Of a DNA stretch of 64,000 bases, positions 38,288 through 48,703 are shown piece by piece. Source of the DNA: Lachnospiraceae bacterium UBA3632 (GTDB lineage: Bacteria > Bacillota > Clostridia > Lachnospirales > Lachnospiraceae); NCBI GenBank assembly GCA_002373975.1, contig DFKZ01000123.1, positions 25,967 to 89,966 of the forward strand. Reading direction: 5' to 3'. The number at the start of each line of letters is the position of its first letter. The stretch's first letter is position 1. The translations under genes were made by a program, and so were the position numbers. The notes below the pieces were generated by a model that worked only from the letters and a program-made list of their open reading frames with translations, searched no databases and was not told the DNA's origin.

Positions 38288-39766
38288 TTAATCACCCACA
38301 TAACTGAGAGGTATTGTCACGGTAAAAATGCTTCCGGATCCCTCGGTGCTCTCAGCTTCTATAGTACCTCTGTGAAGCAATACCGCACTCCTGGTTATGG
38401 CTAGCCCGAGTCCGGTTCCGCCGATCTCCCTTGAATGCGATTTATCAACGCGATAAAATCTGTCGTAGATGAAAGGGAGACTTTCCTCGGGTATACCGCA
38501 CCCCGTATCTTCAACCCGGAATATAAAGTTCTGAATATCTCCATCGATAAGCACACGGACTGTCCCGTGCTCCTTATTGTATTTAATGGCATTCTCGACA
38601 AGATTTGTCATTATAAGAGACATCTTTACTTCATCGACATCAGCTGTTATTTCTCTGTTTTCTTCCAGGACAAGCTCCACGTCCTTTTTACGGGCTATGG
38701 GTCTGAGCCGTTTAAGAATGGTCTCTGCAAGCTCACCGATATCGACCGAAGAAATATTGATATCACTGCTGTTCATATCCATCTTCGTCAGAGCCAGCAG
38801 GTCGGTAATGATGCGGTTCTCCCTGTCTATCTCGGATCCGATATCCTGCATGAATTCCCTGTACAGCTCGGCAGGTGCATCCGGGTCTGCAAGAAGCGAA
38901 TCCGACAGTACCTTCATCGAAGTAAGGGGCGTTTTAAGCTCATGTGAGACATTCGAAACGAATTCCTTTCGAGAGTCATCCACCACCTTCATCTTGGAAA
39001 GCAACTGGTTAAAAGCATCCGAGATATGCTTCGTCTCGGTATAGGAGTAAACGGATACGGGTTCGTTTGTGTAACCCGCTCTGATCGCTCCGATAGCTTT
39101 TGTTATCCTTTCAAAAGGACCGGTCAGAATGCCGGAAATAATGTATGAGAAAACAATAACAAGTATTATTGTAACTATTTCCAGGGAAAGAGCGTTCCTG
39201 TTAAGCACTTTCATCATGGAGATGATGACCGAGTCCGAGATACTGGTGAGCATGACACCTCTGATCAGACTGTCTCCGTCATCTGCCGTGTTAACGATAG
39301 GGGTAGTCATCTCAATATACCCGTGTTCCGAGTCATAATTCGATAGATTCTCTCCCTTGAAGCATTTGACCACTTCCTCGGAGATCATGGTTTTGCCTTC
39401 GCTTATGTTGTAGGTATCCAGCAGAACTTTATAATTGCCCCCTATGATCATTACACGGCCTTCATAGAGGTTTGCAAGCATCTCAAGTTCGGCTTCTATT
39501 ATCTCATGCGACCTTTGCTTTTTAGGGCTGTTGGGGTTGTAATCCGTCAGGAACTCATTGGTGATAAGGTGGTTTGCCAGTATCTTAAGCTGATTCTGGA
39601 CCACTGCACTCCTCTGCTCCACGGCCCTCTTTTGATACGCCGAAACGATGACCGATTCCATAAACACGCTCGGTACCGTACCGATGAGCACCAGTATTAG
39701 AAAAATTCTGGCCCGCAGACTTCGCATGCGGACCACATCCCAGATTTTGCTGAATTCGGCTTTCAC
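38288..39766 (-). CDS. HAMP sensor histidine kinase (WalK/PhoR-like)
   Basis: FVSNVSHELKTPL, NLVENAIKY, DTGCGIP, GGTGLGL. Confidence 0.95.
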   Translation of the reverse strand: MKAEFSKIWDVVRMRSLRARIFLILVLIGTVPSVFMESVIVSAYQKRAVEQRSAVVQNQLKILANHLITNEFLTDYNPNSPKKQRSHEIIEAELEMLANLYEGRVMIIGGNYKVLLDTYNISEGKTMISEEVVKCFKGENLSNYDSEHGYIEMTTPIVNTADDGDSLIRGVMLTSISDSVIISMMKVLNRNALSLEIVTIILVIVFSYIISGILTGPFERITKAIGAIRAGYTNEPVSVYSYTETKHISDAFNQLLSKMKVVDDSRKEFVSNVSHELKTPLTSMKVLSDSLLADPDAPAELYREFMQDIGSEIDRENRIITDLLALTKMDMNSSDINISSVDIGELAETILKRLRPIARKKDVELVLEENREITADVDEVKMSLIMTNLVENAIKYNKEHGTVRVLIDGDIQNFIFRVEDTGCGIPEESLPFIYDRFYRVDKSHSREIGGTGLGLAITRSAVLLHRGTIEAESTEGSGSIFTVTIPLSYVGD

Positions 39767-39767
39767 T

Positions 39768-40466
39768 TTACTTTTCCTTATTCAAAAAATAGTAACCCAC
39801 ACCCCACTTTGTATGAACGTACAGCGGGTTGCCCGAATCGGCCTCTATCTTTTCGCGTAATCTCCTGATATGAACATCAACGGTTCTGACATCTCCGGGA
39901 TAATCCGTTCCCCATACGATGTTCATGAGGTTTTCTCTGGTATAGACTCTGTCCGGATTTCTCATCAGGATCTCAAGCACTTCAAATTCCTTGCTGGTGA
40001 GAGGGATTTCCCTGTCCCCAATAAATGTCCTTCTGCCGGCGGTATCAAGACTTATCCTGCCGCTGACGATCCTTGAGGAGTCATCCGGCACGTCTTTTGC
40101 CCTCTCTGTGCGGCGCAGGATTGCTTTGATCCGCGCCTTAACCTCCAGAATATTAAACGGTTTGGTGATATAATCATCTGCTCCGTACTCCAGTCCCAGG
40201 ATCTTATCCATATCATCGCCCTTTGCCGTGAGCATTATCACAGGAACCTGCGAAAACTCACGCAGCTGTTGGCACACTTCATATCCGCCTATCTTTGGGA
40301 GCATAAGATCAAGAAGCACTATATCGTATTCCTTTTCTCTGAGCATCGACAGGGCTTCCTCGCCGTCATAGGCACAGTCAACCTCCATCTCGTCCTGCTC
40401 GAGGCTGAATTTGATCCCCTTGACTATCAGCTTTTCATCATCTACTACCAGTACTTTTCTAGGCAT
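39768..40466 (-). CDS. OmpR-family response regulator
   Basis: VLVVDDE, LLDLMLP, GADDYITKPF, RTVDVHIRRLR, WGVGY. Confidence 0.96.
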   Translation of the reverse strand: MPRKVLVVDDEKLIVKGIKFSLEQDEMEVDCAYDGEEALSMLREKEYDIVLLDLMLPKIGGYEVCQQLREFSQVPVIMLTAKGDDMDKILGLEYGADDYITKPFNILEVKARIKAILRRTERAKDVPDDSSRIVSGRISLDTAGRRTFIGDREIPLTSKEFEVLEILMRNPDRVYTRENLMNIVWGTDYPGDVRTVDVHIRRLREKIEADSGNPLYVHTKWGVGYYFLNKEK

Positions 40467-40493
40467 CTCTTTTCCTTTCAGTCTGATCATTCC

Positions 40494-41117
40494 CTAATCT
40501 GCGCAGATAAGGTCTCTGATCTTTTCATACAGCGACTCTCCGATCCCGCTTACATTCATAATATCTTCAGGGTCGGAAAAGGAACCGTTCTCCTCTCTGT
40601 ATACGATTATCGCTTCGGCTTTGGCGTCACCGATCCCGGGAAGTGAGCAAAGCAGATCTTTGTCTGCGGTGTTGATGTTTATTCTACCGTCACCGCTTTG
40701 TCCGGACTGCTCCTCCCCACTGCACTCATAAACGGCTTCCCCTTCCTCCGGGAAATACACCTTCTGTCCGTCGGTTAAAACCGAAGCCAGGTTTACATAA
40801 CTTTTATCAGCAAACTCTGTAAACCCACCTGCTTTTTCCAGCGCATCAGCCACTCTGCTGCCTGCCGGGAGTTCCACAACCCCCGGATCCATCACAGCTC
40901 CGCACACAAACACGCAGATATTCGCGGGATCTTCTTCCGCCGCATCATTATTATCTATTTTTTCTTCTGTATCCGGAATTGCGGCATCAACAGCTTCTCC
41001 GGCCATCTCTCCGCCTTCAAAGCCGATAACCGCATCCTTTGCGCAGCCGCACAGTGACAAAGCGGTCATGAAAACCGCCATTACCTGAAATACTATGTTG
41101 AAAATATATTTATGCAT
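40494..41117 (-). CDS. comEA: ComEA-like DNA-binding protein (SLBB plus helix-hairpin-helix)
   Basis: VCGAVMDPGV, RVADALEKAGG, ININTA..LPGIG, VSGIG. Confidence 0.88.
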   Translation of the reverse strand: MHKYIFNIVFQVMAVFMTALSLCGCAKDAVIGFEGGEMAGEAVDAAIPDTEEKIDNNDAAEEDPANICVFVCGAVMDPGVVELPAGSRVADALEKAGGFTEFADKSYVNLASVLTDGQKVYFPEEGEAVYECSGEEQSGQSGDGRININTADKDLLCSLPGIGDAKAEAIIVYREENGSFSDPEDIMNVSGIGESLYEKIRDLICAD

Positions 41118-41163
41118 ACACCCTCCGATCTGTTTCTGTCCCGGAAGGTGCTGCTGTCCGATA

Positions 41164-42687
41164 CTATTCCATAAAGAACAGCCTTACGGTATTATCGAGC
41201 TCCGAAAGCTCTGTTTCCACATCCTCGCCATCCCATACGCGCTGGAACAACGCTTCAATCTCCATCCAGAAGTTTTCAAGCTCTATTATCTTGGGAAGCG
41301 GAACACTCTTTGCATATTCGGCATCAAACACATCAAGATTGGCGTAATCGCTGTTAGCCCGGATATTGCACGCCGCCTTTCCTGTACGAAGATAGAGTTC
41401 AGATGCAAATTCTCCCGTAAGATATCTGGCAAAAGCATTTGCAATGTCCTTTTTCTCGGAATATCCGTTGATCACCACTACTTCTGTCATAGACATGGGT
41501 ATACTGTCAGTTTCTTCATCAACCGCAGGGATCAGGGTATATTTGTATGTAAATTCCAGTGAACCATCCTTTTGGGCCTCTGCAAGCTTCGCTACAGAAT
41601 CCGTTGACGCTATGGTAAACATCATTTTACCGTCTATAAAGTCCTGAATAACCTTATCGTAAGCCACAAGGCTCGATTCGATGTTAAAGAAGTTGTGAAG
41701 ATGCTGGTATTTTAACAGGCAATTAGTCACCTTCTCATTGCTGAGCATAAGCTGTTTCTTGTCATCACCGCTGGGGCCGCCGAGATTCATTACATCACCG
41801 ACTATCCAGTAATTAAACATAATATCCGTTACATCCCAGCTCATAACGCCGTCTACGCCGTATGGAGCACTGTAGCTGTCCGCAATGGTAAGCAGCTCGT
41901 TTAATGTCTCGGGAGCGGCATTCTCAAAAACTTCCTCGGTTTTTCCCTGGAGGGCCTTTACCTGTTCCTCCTCGGAAAGCTCGTCATAGGGCACAAGATC
42001 GGGGTCAACTTCAAGGCTCGGATCTGTCTCCTTCTCGGATGAATCGGTTGATTCTTCGCTGTTTCCCCCTTCTGTCCCGCCGTCAGCGGTTTTTTCGTTT
42101 ATCTCTTCGAAATAATCACCCCCGCCGTAATCCTCGCCTTCGCCTTTAAGAATGGCGAGAGCTTTCTGCTCGGCCCAATCGTAAAGGTAGTCCACATTGT
42201 AGATAAGTGCGCAGGTGTTGTAGCTCAGAGGATAAGCTATGTGCTTTCCCTGATAGGTGATCGCGTTAAGTGCCGCTTCGGAAAAATAATCCTGACTGCA
42301 GAAATTCCACGGGTCATCGATCTCACATGCAAGGCCGGTAAGGTATGCCATCTCCAGCGACTCATGTCCCAGCAGATATGCATCGGGAAGCTGGTTGTTT
42401 TCCACCGAGGCATTGTTAACCGCCTCAAGGTAGTTGTCCATCGTGACAAGCATCGGAAGCACATGGACATTGTTCTTCTCACCGAAATCCACAGCCGCTT
42501 TATTGATATAATCCGTCATGCTTTCATCAGAATACCAGAAATAAATGGTATCGCTTCTGCTGTACCAGGCCTTTTCCTCTGCCACTTCCTCCACTACAGA
42601 AAGCCCCTTTGAGCCTGCAAAGAACACCCCGGCTGTAAGGAGTATAGTAATAATAACGCTGATTATTTTATGCTGTAATTCCATCAT
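41164..42687 (-). CDS. Extracellular sugar-binding-protein-like (ABC SBP) with acidic insertion
   Basis: N-terminal TM; IAYPLSYNTCALIYN, FIDGKMMF and VVINGYS..K..A..FA. Confidence 0.75.
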   Translation of the reverse strand: MMELQHKIISVIITILLTAGVFFAGSKGLSVVEEVAEEKAWYSRSDTIYFWYSDESMTDYINKAAVDFGEKNNVHVLPMLVTMDNYLEAVNNASVENNQLPDAYLLGHESLEMAYLTGLACEIDDPWNFCSQDYFSEAALNAITYQGKHIAYPLSYNTCALIYNVDYLYDWAEQKALAILKGEGEDYGGGDYFEEINEKTADGGTEGGNSEESTDSSEKETDPSLEVDPDLVPYDELSEEEQVKALQGKTEEVFENAAPETLNELLTIADSYSAPYGVDGVMSWDVTDIMFNYWIVGDVMNLGGPSGDDKKQLMLSNEKVTNCLLKYQHLHNFFNIESSLVAYDKVIQDFIDGKMMFTIASTDSVAKLAEAQKDGSLEFTYKYTLIPAVDEETDSIPMSMTEVVVINGYSEKKDIANAFARYLTGEFASELYLRTGKAACNIRANSDYANLDVFDAEYAKSVPLPKIIELENFWMEIEALFQRVWDGEDVETELSELDNTVRLFFME

Positions 42688-42692
42688 AATAC

Positions 42693-43892
42693 TTAATTAT
42701 CTTCAATACATCCATCAAGGATGTCTGCCATTTCGTCTATATTTTCTTTCTCTATGACAAGAGGCGGAACAAATCTGAGAATATTTGCCCCGGCATTTAT
42801 TAGTATCAGTCCCTGTTCAAGCGCCTTATTAATAACAGGTGCTACCGGTCTGTCAAACACAAGTCCCTGCATGAATCCCGCGCCCCTGTGCTCCACTATC
42901 GAAGGGTGCTTTTTCATTATCTCATCGAGCTTATCCCACAGGTAAGGTGCCGTTTCCCTTACATGACCTGATATATTATCCCGCTCGAATATCTCCAATA
43001 CTTTATTAACGGCAGCACAGGCAAAAGGATTGCCTCCGTATGTGGTGCCGTGATCCCCTGCGACAAGGGAATGGGCTCCGACCTTCTCGGTCATCATAAA
43101 TGCCCCAACAGGCACGCCGCATCCGAGAGCCTTGGCCGATGTCATGACATCCGGCTTGACCCCGTATTTCTGCCATGCGAAGTCATAACCCGTACGCCCC
43201 ATACCGCACTGTATTTCATCAAGGATAAGAAGGATATCTCTCTCGTCGCAGATTTCCCTCACGCCGCGCAGAAATTCCTCCGTGGCCGGAGTCAGGCCGC
43301 CTTCTCCCTGCACTGTTTCCATTAAAATAGCGCATGTTTTGTTATTGATATTTGCCTTTACGGATTCCAGATCATTATAATCGGCAAACCTGATATTTCC
43401 TATTCCCGGCTCAAACGCTTCACGATAATGGGGATTTCCCGTAACGGAAAGAGCTCCCATAGTACGGCCATGGAAGGAATGATTCATGGCGATTATCTCA
43501 TGATCGGTTTTTCCGTCTTTCAGGAAAGCGTACTTTCTGGCTGTCTTTATAGCGCCCTCGACAGCCTCCGCACCCGAGTTGGTAAAGAACACTCTGTCCA
43601 TCCCGGACATCTTCTTTATTCTCTTTGCAGCCTCTATCGCAGGCACATTATAGTAATAATTTGAAGTGTGAAGAAGTTTATCCGCCTGTGCTTTAATGGT
43701 TTCCTTGTACTCATCATTGGAATAACCAAGGGCAAATACAGCTATTCCTGCCACAAAGTCCAGATACTTTTTGCCCTCGAGGTCGTACAGATATACACCC
43801 TCGCCTTTGTCCAGGACGATCTGATACCTGTTGTATGTGTGTAAAAGCGACTCCTCAGCCTCTTTTATATAATCCGACATTATATTTCCCAT
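42693..43892 (-). CDS. argD: Acetylornithine aminotransferase
   Basis: NSGAEAVEGA, SFHGRT, DEIQCGMGRTG, SAKALGCG, HGTTYGGNP. Confidence 0.95.
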   Translation of the reverse strand: MGNIMSDYIKEAEESLLHTYNRYQIVLDKGEGVYLYDLEGKKYLDFVAGIAVFALGYSNDEYKETIKAQADKLLHTSNYYYNVPAIEAAKRIKKMSGMDRVFFTNSGAEAVEGAIKTARKYAFLKDGKTDHEIIAMNHSFHGRTMGALSVTGNPHYREAFEPGIGNIRFADYNDLESVKANINNKTCAILMETVQGEGGLTPATEEFLRGVREICDERDILLILDEIQCGMGRTGYDFAWQKYGVKPDVMTSAKALGCGVPVGAFMMTEKVGAHSLVAGDHGTTYGGNPFACAAVNKVLEIFERDNISGHVRETAPYLWDKLDEIMKKHPSIVEHRGAGFMQGLVFDRPVAPVINKALEQGLILINAGANILRFVPPLVIEKENIDEMADILDGCIEDN

Positions 43893-43901
43893 GATCAGCC
43901 C

Positions 43902-44804
43902 TTATTTTTCCTCTCCGCTTATCAGGTTATCGTCATCCGACAAAATGGCGGTTCCTATTCCGTCTTTGGTAAATATTTCAAGAAGCAGGCAGTGAAGAAC
44001 TCTTCCGTCAAGAATATGAACACGGCTTACTCCGCCTCTTATGGCACTGGTGCAGTTCCCCAGCTTGGGAAGCATTCCGCCTCCGATAATGCCGCTGCTT
44101 ATCAGTTCATCCGCTTCCGATGCGGTAAGTCTTGAAATAAACGTGCTCTTGTCGTTGATGTCTCTGTAAAGCCCCTCGATATCGGTGAGGAATACAAGCT
44201 TATCCGCCCCAACTGCCTTAGCAATGGCACAAGCCGCATCATCCGCATTTATGTTATAGGTGTTGAAATCATCATCAAGCCCTACGGGTGCAACAATGGG
44301 AAGAAAATCGTTGTCGAGCAGGTCATAGAGCACCTTACTGTCGACATCCTTTATCTCACCCACAAAGCCTATGTCCTGTCCGTCGGAATACTTTTTGTTG
44401 ACCTTGAGAAGTCCTCCGTCCTTGCCGCTGATGCCCACAGCCTTTACGCCCAGCTCCTGAACCATGGTGACAAGGCTCTTGTTAACTCTTCCCAGCACCA
44501 TCTCGGCTATTTCCATGGTCTCCTCATCGGTAACGCGAAGCCCGTTTACAAATCTGGCTTCTTTCCCCACCTTGCTCACCCATCGGCTTATCTCTTTTCC
44601 GCCACCGTGAACGATTATGGGCTTGAACCCTACGAGTTTAAGAAGTGTTACATCCTTGATCACATTCTTTTGAAGCTCGGGATCCACCATTGCGCTTCCG
44701 CCATACTTGACAACTATGATCTTGCGGTTAAAGCGCTGTATATAGGGAAGAGCCTCAATGAGGACTTCCGCCTTTTTCATTATTTCCTGCATATCCTGTG
44801 CCAC
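43902..44804 (-). CDS. argB: Acetylglutamate kinase
   Basis: [25 protein letters not shown]; GTG start. Confidence 0.97.
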   Translation of the reverse strand: MAQDMQEIMKKAEVLIEALPYIQRFNRKIIVVKYGGSAMVDPELQKNVIKDVTLLKLVGFKPIIVHGGGKEISRWVSKVGKEARFVNGLRVTDEETMEIAEMVLGRVNKSLVTMVQELGVKAVGISGKDGGLLKVNKKYSDGQDIGFVGEIKDVDSKVLYDLLDNDFLPIVAPVGLDDDFNTYNINADDAACAIAKAVGADKLVFLTDIEGLYRDINDKSTFISRLTASEADELISSGIIGGGMLPKLGNCTSAIRGGVSRVHILDGRVLHCLLLEIFTKDGIGTAILSDDDNLISGEEK

Positions 44805-44919
44805 TGTTTTGTCTCCTGTTTCTGTCTTACAACAGCAATAATTTAGTATATCAGATTTTCAAAATATATTAAACACTTTATAAGCTTAAATCTTCTTAAG
44901 ATTATGGGACGAAAGCATT

Positions 44920-46149
44920 TCAGGATCTGTAATCCGCGTTGATCTTAACATAATCGTATGTAAGATCGCATCCCCAGGCCGTTGCTTCCTCGCCGCCTTC
45001 ATTCATATCCGCGATGACTGTTACCTCCGGTGCTTTCATTATCCTGACAGCCTCATCCTCGTCGAAGGTGAGAGGTACTCCCTTATCAAATACCTTGAGC
45101 TTTCCCTCCGAACTTTTAAAATAAAGCTCCACGTCGTTCTGGTCGAATATAGCACCGGAATAACCCATTGCGCAGAGAAATCTTCCAAAATTGGCATCAC
45201 ATCCGAAAATTGCCGCTTTGGAAAGGTTTGAGCCGACTATAGCTCTTGAAAGAGTGCGCGCATCTTCCTTGGTCTTTGCATTAATGACCTTTGCCTCAAA
45301 AAGCTTTGTGGCCCCTTCTCCGTCTGACGCCATACGTCTTGCCAGGAATCTGCACACATAAAACAGGGCTTCCTTAAACGTCTCGTAATCTGCGTTTTTG
45401 GAAGTGATCTTTTCATTTCCCGCAAGGCCGTTAGCCATAAGGAGCAGGGTATCGTTTGTGGAAGTGTCGCCGTCAACCGTGATCATGTTGAAAGTGTCCT
45501 TTACAACTTCGCTGAGGGCCTCCTGCATAAGGCTTTTATCTATCGAGATATCGGTAGTAAGGAATCCCAGCATTGTACACATATTGGGGTGTATCATTCC
45601 GGATCCCTTGCTCATCCCGCCAAGCGTAACCGTCTTTTCGCCGGCCTCAAAGGTAACCGCGATCTCCTTATTTACTGTATCTGTAGTCATGATTGCCTTG
45701 GATGCCTCGGTTCCGGCTTCCCCGGAGTCCGAAAGCGATCCGGACATCATCTTAACACCGGCTTTCAGCTTTTCCACCGGGAGCTGCATACCTATCACCC
45801 CCGTGGATGCCACCCCTACGGTTCCAAAAGGAATACCCAGGGCATCTTCCACAGCTTTTGCGGTTGCCTCACAGGCATCAAAGCCTTCCTTCCCGGTACA
45901 TGCATTGGCTATTCCGGAATTCACGACCACAGCCTGCATAGGGCCTCCGTCCTTTACTATCTTCTGATCCCATTGCACACAGGCTGCTTTGACTATATTG
46001 CTCGTAAATGTCCCGGCGCACTCGCAAGGCCTTTCGCTAATCACCATAGCCATATCGGTACGGCCTTTATACTTGATACCCGCCGCAGCCACAGCTGCTT
46101 TGAATCCCTTTGCGGATGTCACTCCGCCCTTTATCTCGGTCATTTTCAT
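44920..46149 (-). CDS. argJ: Ornithine acetyltransferase / glutamate N-acetyltransferase
   Basis: NSGIANACTG, IMTTDT, KGSGMIHPNMCTML, DGDTSTND, INADYRS. Confidence 0.97.
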   Translation of the reverse strand: MKMTEIKGGVTSAKGFKAAVAAAGIKYKGRTDMAMVISERPCECAGTFTSNIVKAACVQWDQKIVKDGGPMQAVVVNSGIANACTGKEGFDACEATAKAVEDALGIPFGTVGVASTGVIGMQLPVEKLKAGVKMMSGSLSDSGEAGTEASKAIMTTDTVNKEIAVTFEAGEKTVTLGGMSKGSGMIHPNMCTMLGFLTTDISIDKSLMQEALSEVVKDTFNMITVDGDTSTNDTLLLMANGLAGNEKITSKNADYETFKEALFYVCRFLARRMASDGEGATKLFEAKVINAKTKEDARTLSRAIVGSNLSKAAIFGCDANFGRFLCAMGYSGAIFDQNDVELYFKSSEGKLKVFDKGVPLTFDEDEAVRIMKAPEVTVIADMNEGGEEATAWGCDLTYDYVKINADYRS

Positions 46150-46160
46150 ACTTTGCTCCT

Positions 46161-46616
46161 CTATTTATTAAATGCGGTTATATTTTCTTCATTAAGCGTA
46201 AAGTCGTAGTAATTGAGATCCAGTCTTCTGGTCCAGCCTATGCAGTTCCAAAAGGCATTTCCCACATCGTTCTTGGTAAACGCGATAAGGCTTACCTTAT
46301 TGATTTTCTCTGCCTTGAGCGCATTCATGCAAAAAACGACCATTTCCTTTCCTATTCCGTTTCTGCGAAAATCCTCTCTCACGCAGACATGATACAGGCA
46401 GCCTCTTCGTCCGTCATGCCCGCACAGGATAGCTCCAACGATCTCACCGTCTGCGGATTCGGCCACCACCGAAGTTCCGGGGTTTCTGTCAAGGAACCGC
46501 CTCACTCCTTCCTCGGAGTCGTCAATGCTCCGGATGGCAAATCCGTGGATGGTCATCCACAAAGCCCTTACGCCTTCGTAATCTTCGATTTTCATGCTTC
46601 TAACGGTATAATCCAT
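46161..46616 (-). CDS. GNAT family N-acetyltransferase (YpeA-like)
   Basis: GHDGRRGCLYHVCV..FRRNGIG and GNAFW..GW. Confidence 0.9.
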   Translation of the reverse strand: MDYTVRSMKIEDYEGVRALWMTIHGFAIRSIDDSEEGVRRFLDRNPGTSVVAESADGEIVGAILCGHDGRRGCLYHVCVREDFRRNGIGKEMVVFCMNALKAEKINKVSLIAFTKNDVGNAFWNCIGWTRRLDLNYYDFTLNEENITAFNK

Positions 46617-46697
46617 ATATTCCCTCTTTATCTGATTTTCGTTTCACTTTTAATAGGATAACACTTTTACCGGATTTGTCTACTGTTTTTTTATTTT

Positions 46698-46824
46698 TAT
46701 GCAGATTTTTTTATAATTCCTGTATATTTATGCATATTTTCTTGAATAAATTGTACCGTTGGCGAATATTTATACCAAAATTTTAAATTTTTTTCTTGCG
46801 TTTCTTTAATACAGGTTGTATAGT
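46698..46824. promoter_or_regulatory. ARG-box (ArgR) array and argG promoter in the divergent arg region
   Basis: Best box TGTATATTTATGCA at 46721; weaker boxes at about 46700, 46743 and 46763 (about 21-bp spacing); TTGCGT-17 bp-TATAGT at 46796-46824. Confidence 0.7.
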
Positions 46825-46882
46825 AGCAGATAGATAAAAAAACAATATGTTTTTTATATAAACATAACCGAAAGGAGAAATC

Positions 46883-48115
46883 ATGAAAGAAAAAGTAATT
46901 CTTGCCTATTCCGGCGGCCTTGACACCACAGCTATCATTCCGTGGCTGAAGGAGAATTTTGATTACGAAGTAATCTGCGTATGTGTGGATTGCGGTCAGG
47001 AGGAGGAGCTCAACGGACTTGAGAAGCGTGCGAAGGACTGCGGTGCCTCAAAGCTTTACATCGAAGATGTAACAGATGAATTCTGTGACGATTACATCAT
47101 GCCCTGCGTAAAGGCAGGCGCCGTTTATGAGAATAAGTACCTTCTGGGCACATCAATGGCAAGACCTCTTATAGCAAAAAGGCTTGTCGAGATAGCAAGA
47201 AAAGAAGGCGCTTCAGCTATATGCCACGGTGCAACAGGTAAAGGAAACGACCAGATCCGTTTTGAACTCGGTATCAAGGCCCTCGCTCCCGATCTTAAGA
47301 TCATCGCTGCATGGAGAAACGAAAAGTGGACCCTCGATTCCCGCGAGTCCGAGATTGAATACTGCCGCCAGCACGGGATCAATCTTCCCTTCTCGGCAGA
47401 CAGTTCCTACAGCCGCGACCGCAATATCTGGCATATAAGCCATGAGGGACTTGAGCTTGAGGATCCCGCAAACGAGCCCAATTACGATCATCTCCTCGTT
47501 CTCGGTGTCACTCCCGAGAAGGCACCCGATGAAGGTGAATATGTGACCATGACATTCGAGGCGGGCGTTCCCACAAGTATTAACGGCGAAAAGATGAAGG
47601 TTTCCGATATCATCAGAAAGCTCAACGCTCTCGGCGGAAAGCACGGAATCGGAATAATCGATATAGTTGAGAACCGTGTAGTCGGAATGAAGAGCCGCGG
47701 CGTGTACGAAACTCCCGGCGGAACCATCCTTATGGAAGCGCACAACCAGCTCGAGGAACTTATCCTCGACCGTGACACCTATGCATTCAAGAAAGAGGTT
47801 GGCGGAAAGTTTGCAAGCCTTGTTTACGAAGGAAAGTGGTTTACCCCGCTTCGTGAAGCCGAGCAGGCATTTATCGATTCCACTCAGAAGTATGTGACCG
47901 GCGAAGTCAAGTTCAAGCTTTACAAGGGCAATATCATTAAGGCAGGCACCACATCACCCTACTCACTCTACAACGCAAGCATTGCTTCCTTCACCACCGG
48001 AGACCTCTATGATCACCATGATGCCGAAGGATTCATCAATCTCTTCGGTCTTTCAACAAAAGTTCGTGCAATGAAGCAGCAGGAGCAGGGCATCGATCCT
48101 CTCTCGATCAATTGA
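46883..48115 (+). CDS. argG: Argininosuccinate synthase
   Basis: LAYSGGLDT, HGATGKGNDQIRF, SRGVYETPGG. Confidence 0.99.
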   Translation: MKEKVILAYSGGLDTTAIIPWLKENFDYEVICVCVDCGQEEELNGLEKRAKDCGASKLYIEDVTDEFCDDYIMPCVKAGAVYENKYLLGTSMARPLIAKRLVEIARKEGASAICHGATGKGNDQIRFELGIKALAPDLKIIAAWRNEKWTLDSRESEIEYCRQHGINLPFSADSSYSRDRNIWHISHEGLELEDPANEPNYDHLLVLGVTPEKAPDEGEYVTMTFEAGVPTSINGEKMKVSDIIRKLNALGGKHGIGIIDIVENRVVGMKSRGVYETPGGTILMEAHNQLEELILDRDTYAFKKEVGGKFASLVYEGKWFTPLREAEQAFIDSTQKYVTGEVKFKLYKGNIIKAGTTSPYSLYNASIASFTTGDLYDHHDAEGFINLFGLSTKVRAMKQQEQGIDPLSIN

Positions 48116-48159
48116 TTACGAAAGGGCTTTATGCCGCGAAAATAAAGTGATCTGTAATC

Positions 48160-48201
48160 AAAACACCCGTTACGTTTTCCATTACGTAGCGGGTGTTTTT
48201 T
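48160..48201. terminator. Bidirectional terminator
   Basis: AAAACACCCGTTACG...CGTAGCGGGTGTTTTTT between convergent genes. Confidence 0.8.
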
Positions 48202-48248
48202 ATCTATAATATCCTGCAGCTTCAGAGCTGATATCCCGTGGAATTATA

Positions 48249-48602
48249 TTACTCTTCGGATCCCTGCTCAGGGCTCGCTTTTTCCGCCGTTTCTCCGGAA
48301 GCATTGTTTTCAGGCTTCCCGGCTTCATCTTTACCGATCCCGACAGTGTGCAGCATAGTCTTTCCGATTCCGGCAAATCCGCTGCCCAGCCCTTTTCCGA
48401 CTTCCTTCCAGCTTCCATCACTGTATACAGTGCTGTTAGGCTCCTTTTCGATCTTTTCACCGTTTTCATCCTTGGTGGCCCCATCAGCCCAATCTACCAC
48501 CTTATCCGTAGTGGTCTGTGCGGATCTGACAAAAGTCTTTCCGAAGTTCTTAAATGCATGACCAAGTTCTGTTCCGCTTTCTTTCCATTCCTGTTTTGAC
48601 AT
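48249..48602 (-). CDS. Small hydrophilic protein with an internal amphipathic repeat
   Basis: AAGGAG RBS; WKESGTELGHAFKNFGKT and WKEVGKGLGSGFAGIGKT. Confidence 0.7.
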   Translation of the reverse strand: MSKQEWKESGTELGHAFKNFGKTFVRSAQTTTDKVVDWADGATKDENGEKIEKEPNSTVYSDGSWKEVGKGLGSGFAGIGKTMLHTVGIGKDEAGKPENNASGETAEKASPEQGSEE

Positions 48603-48703
48603 ATTATCATCTCCTTTGCTATAGAGGTATTGCCTTAATACGTCCTAATCATACCATAACCGTGATTGTTTAAACAACTGTTTGCCGCCGGAACTTCGAA
48701 TGA

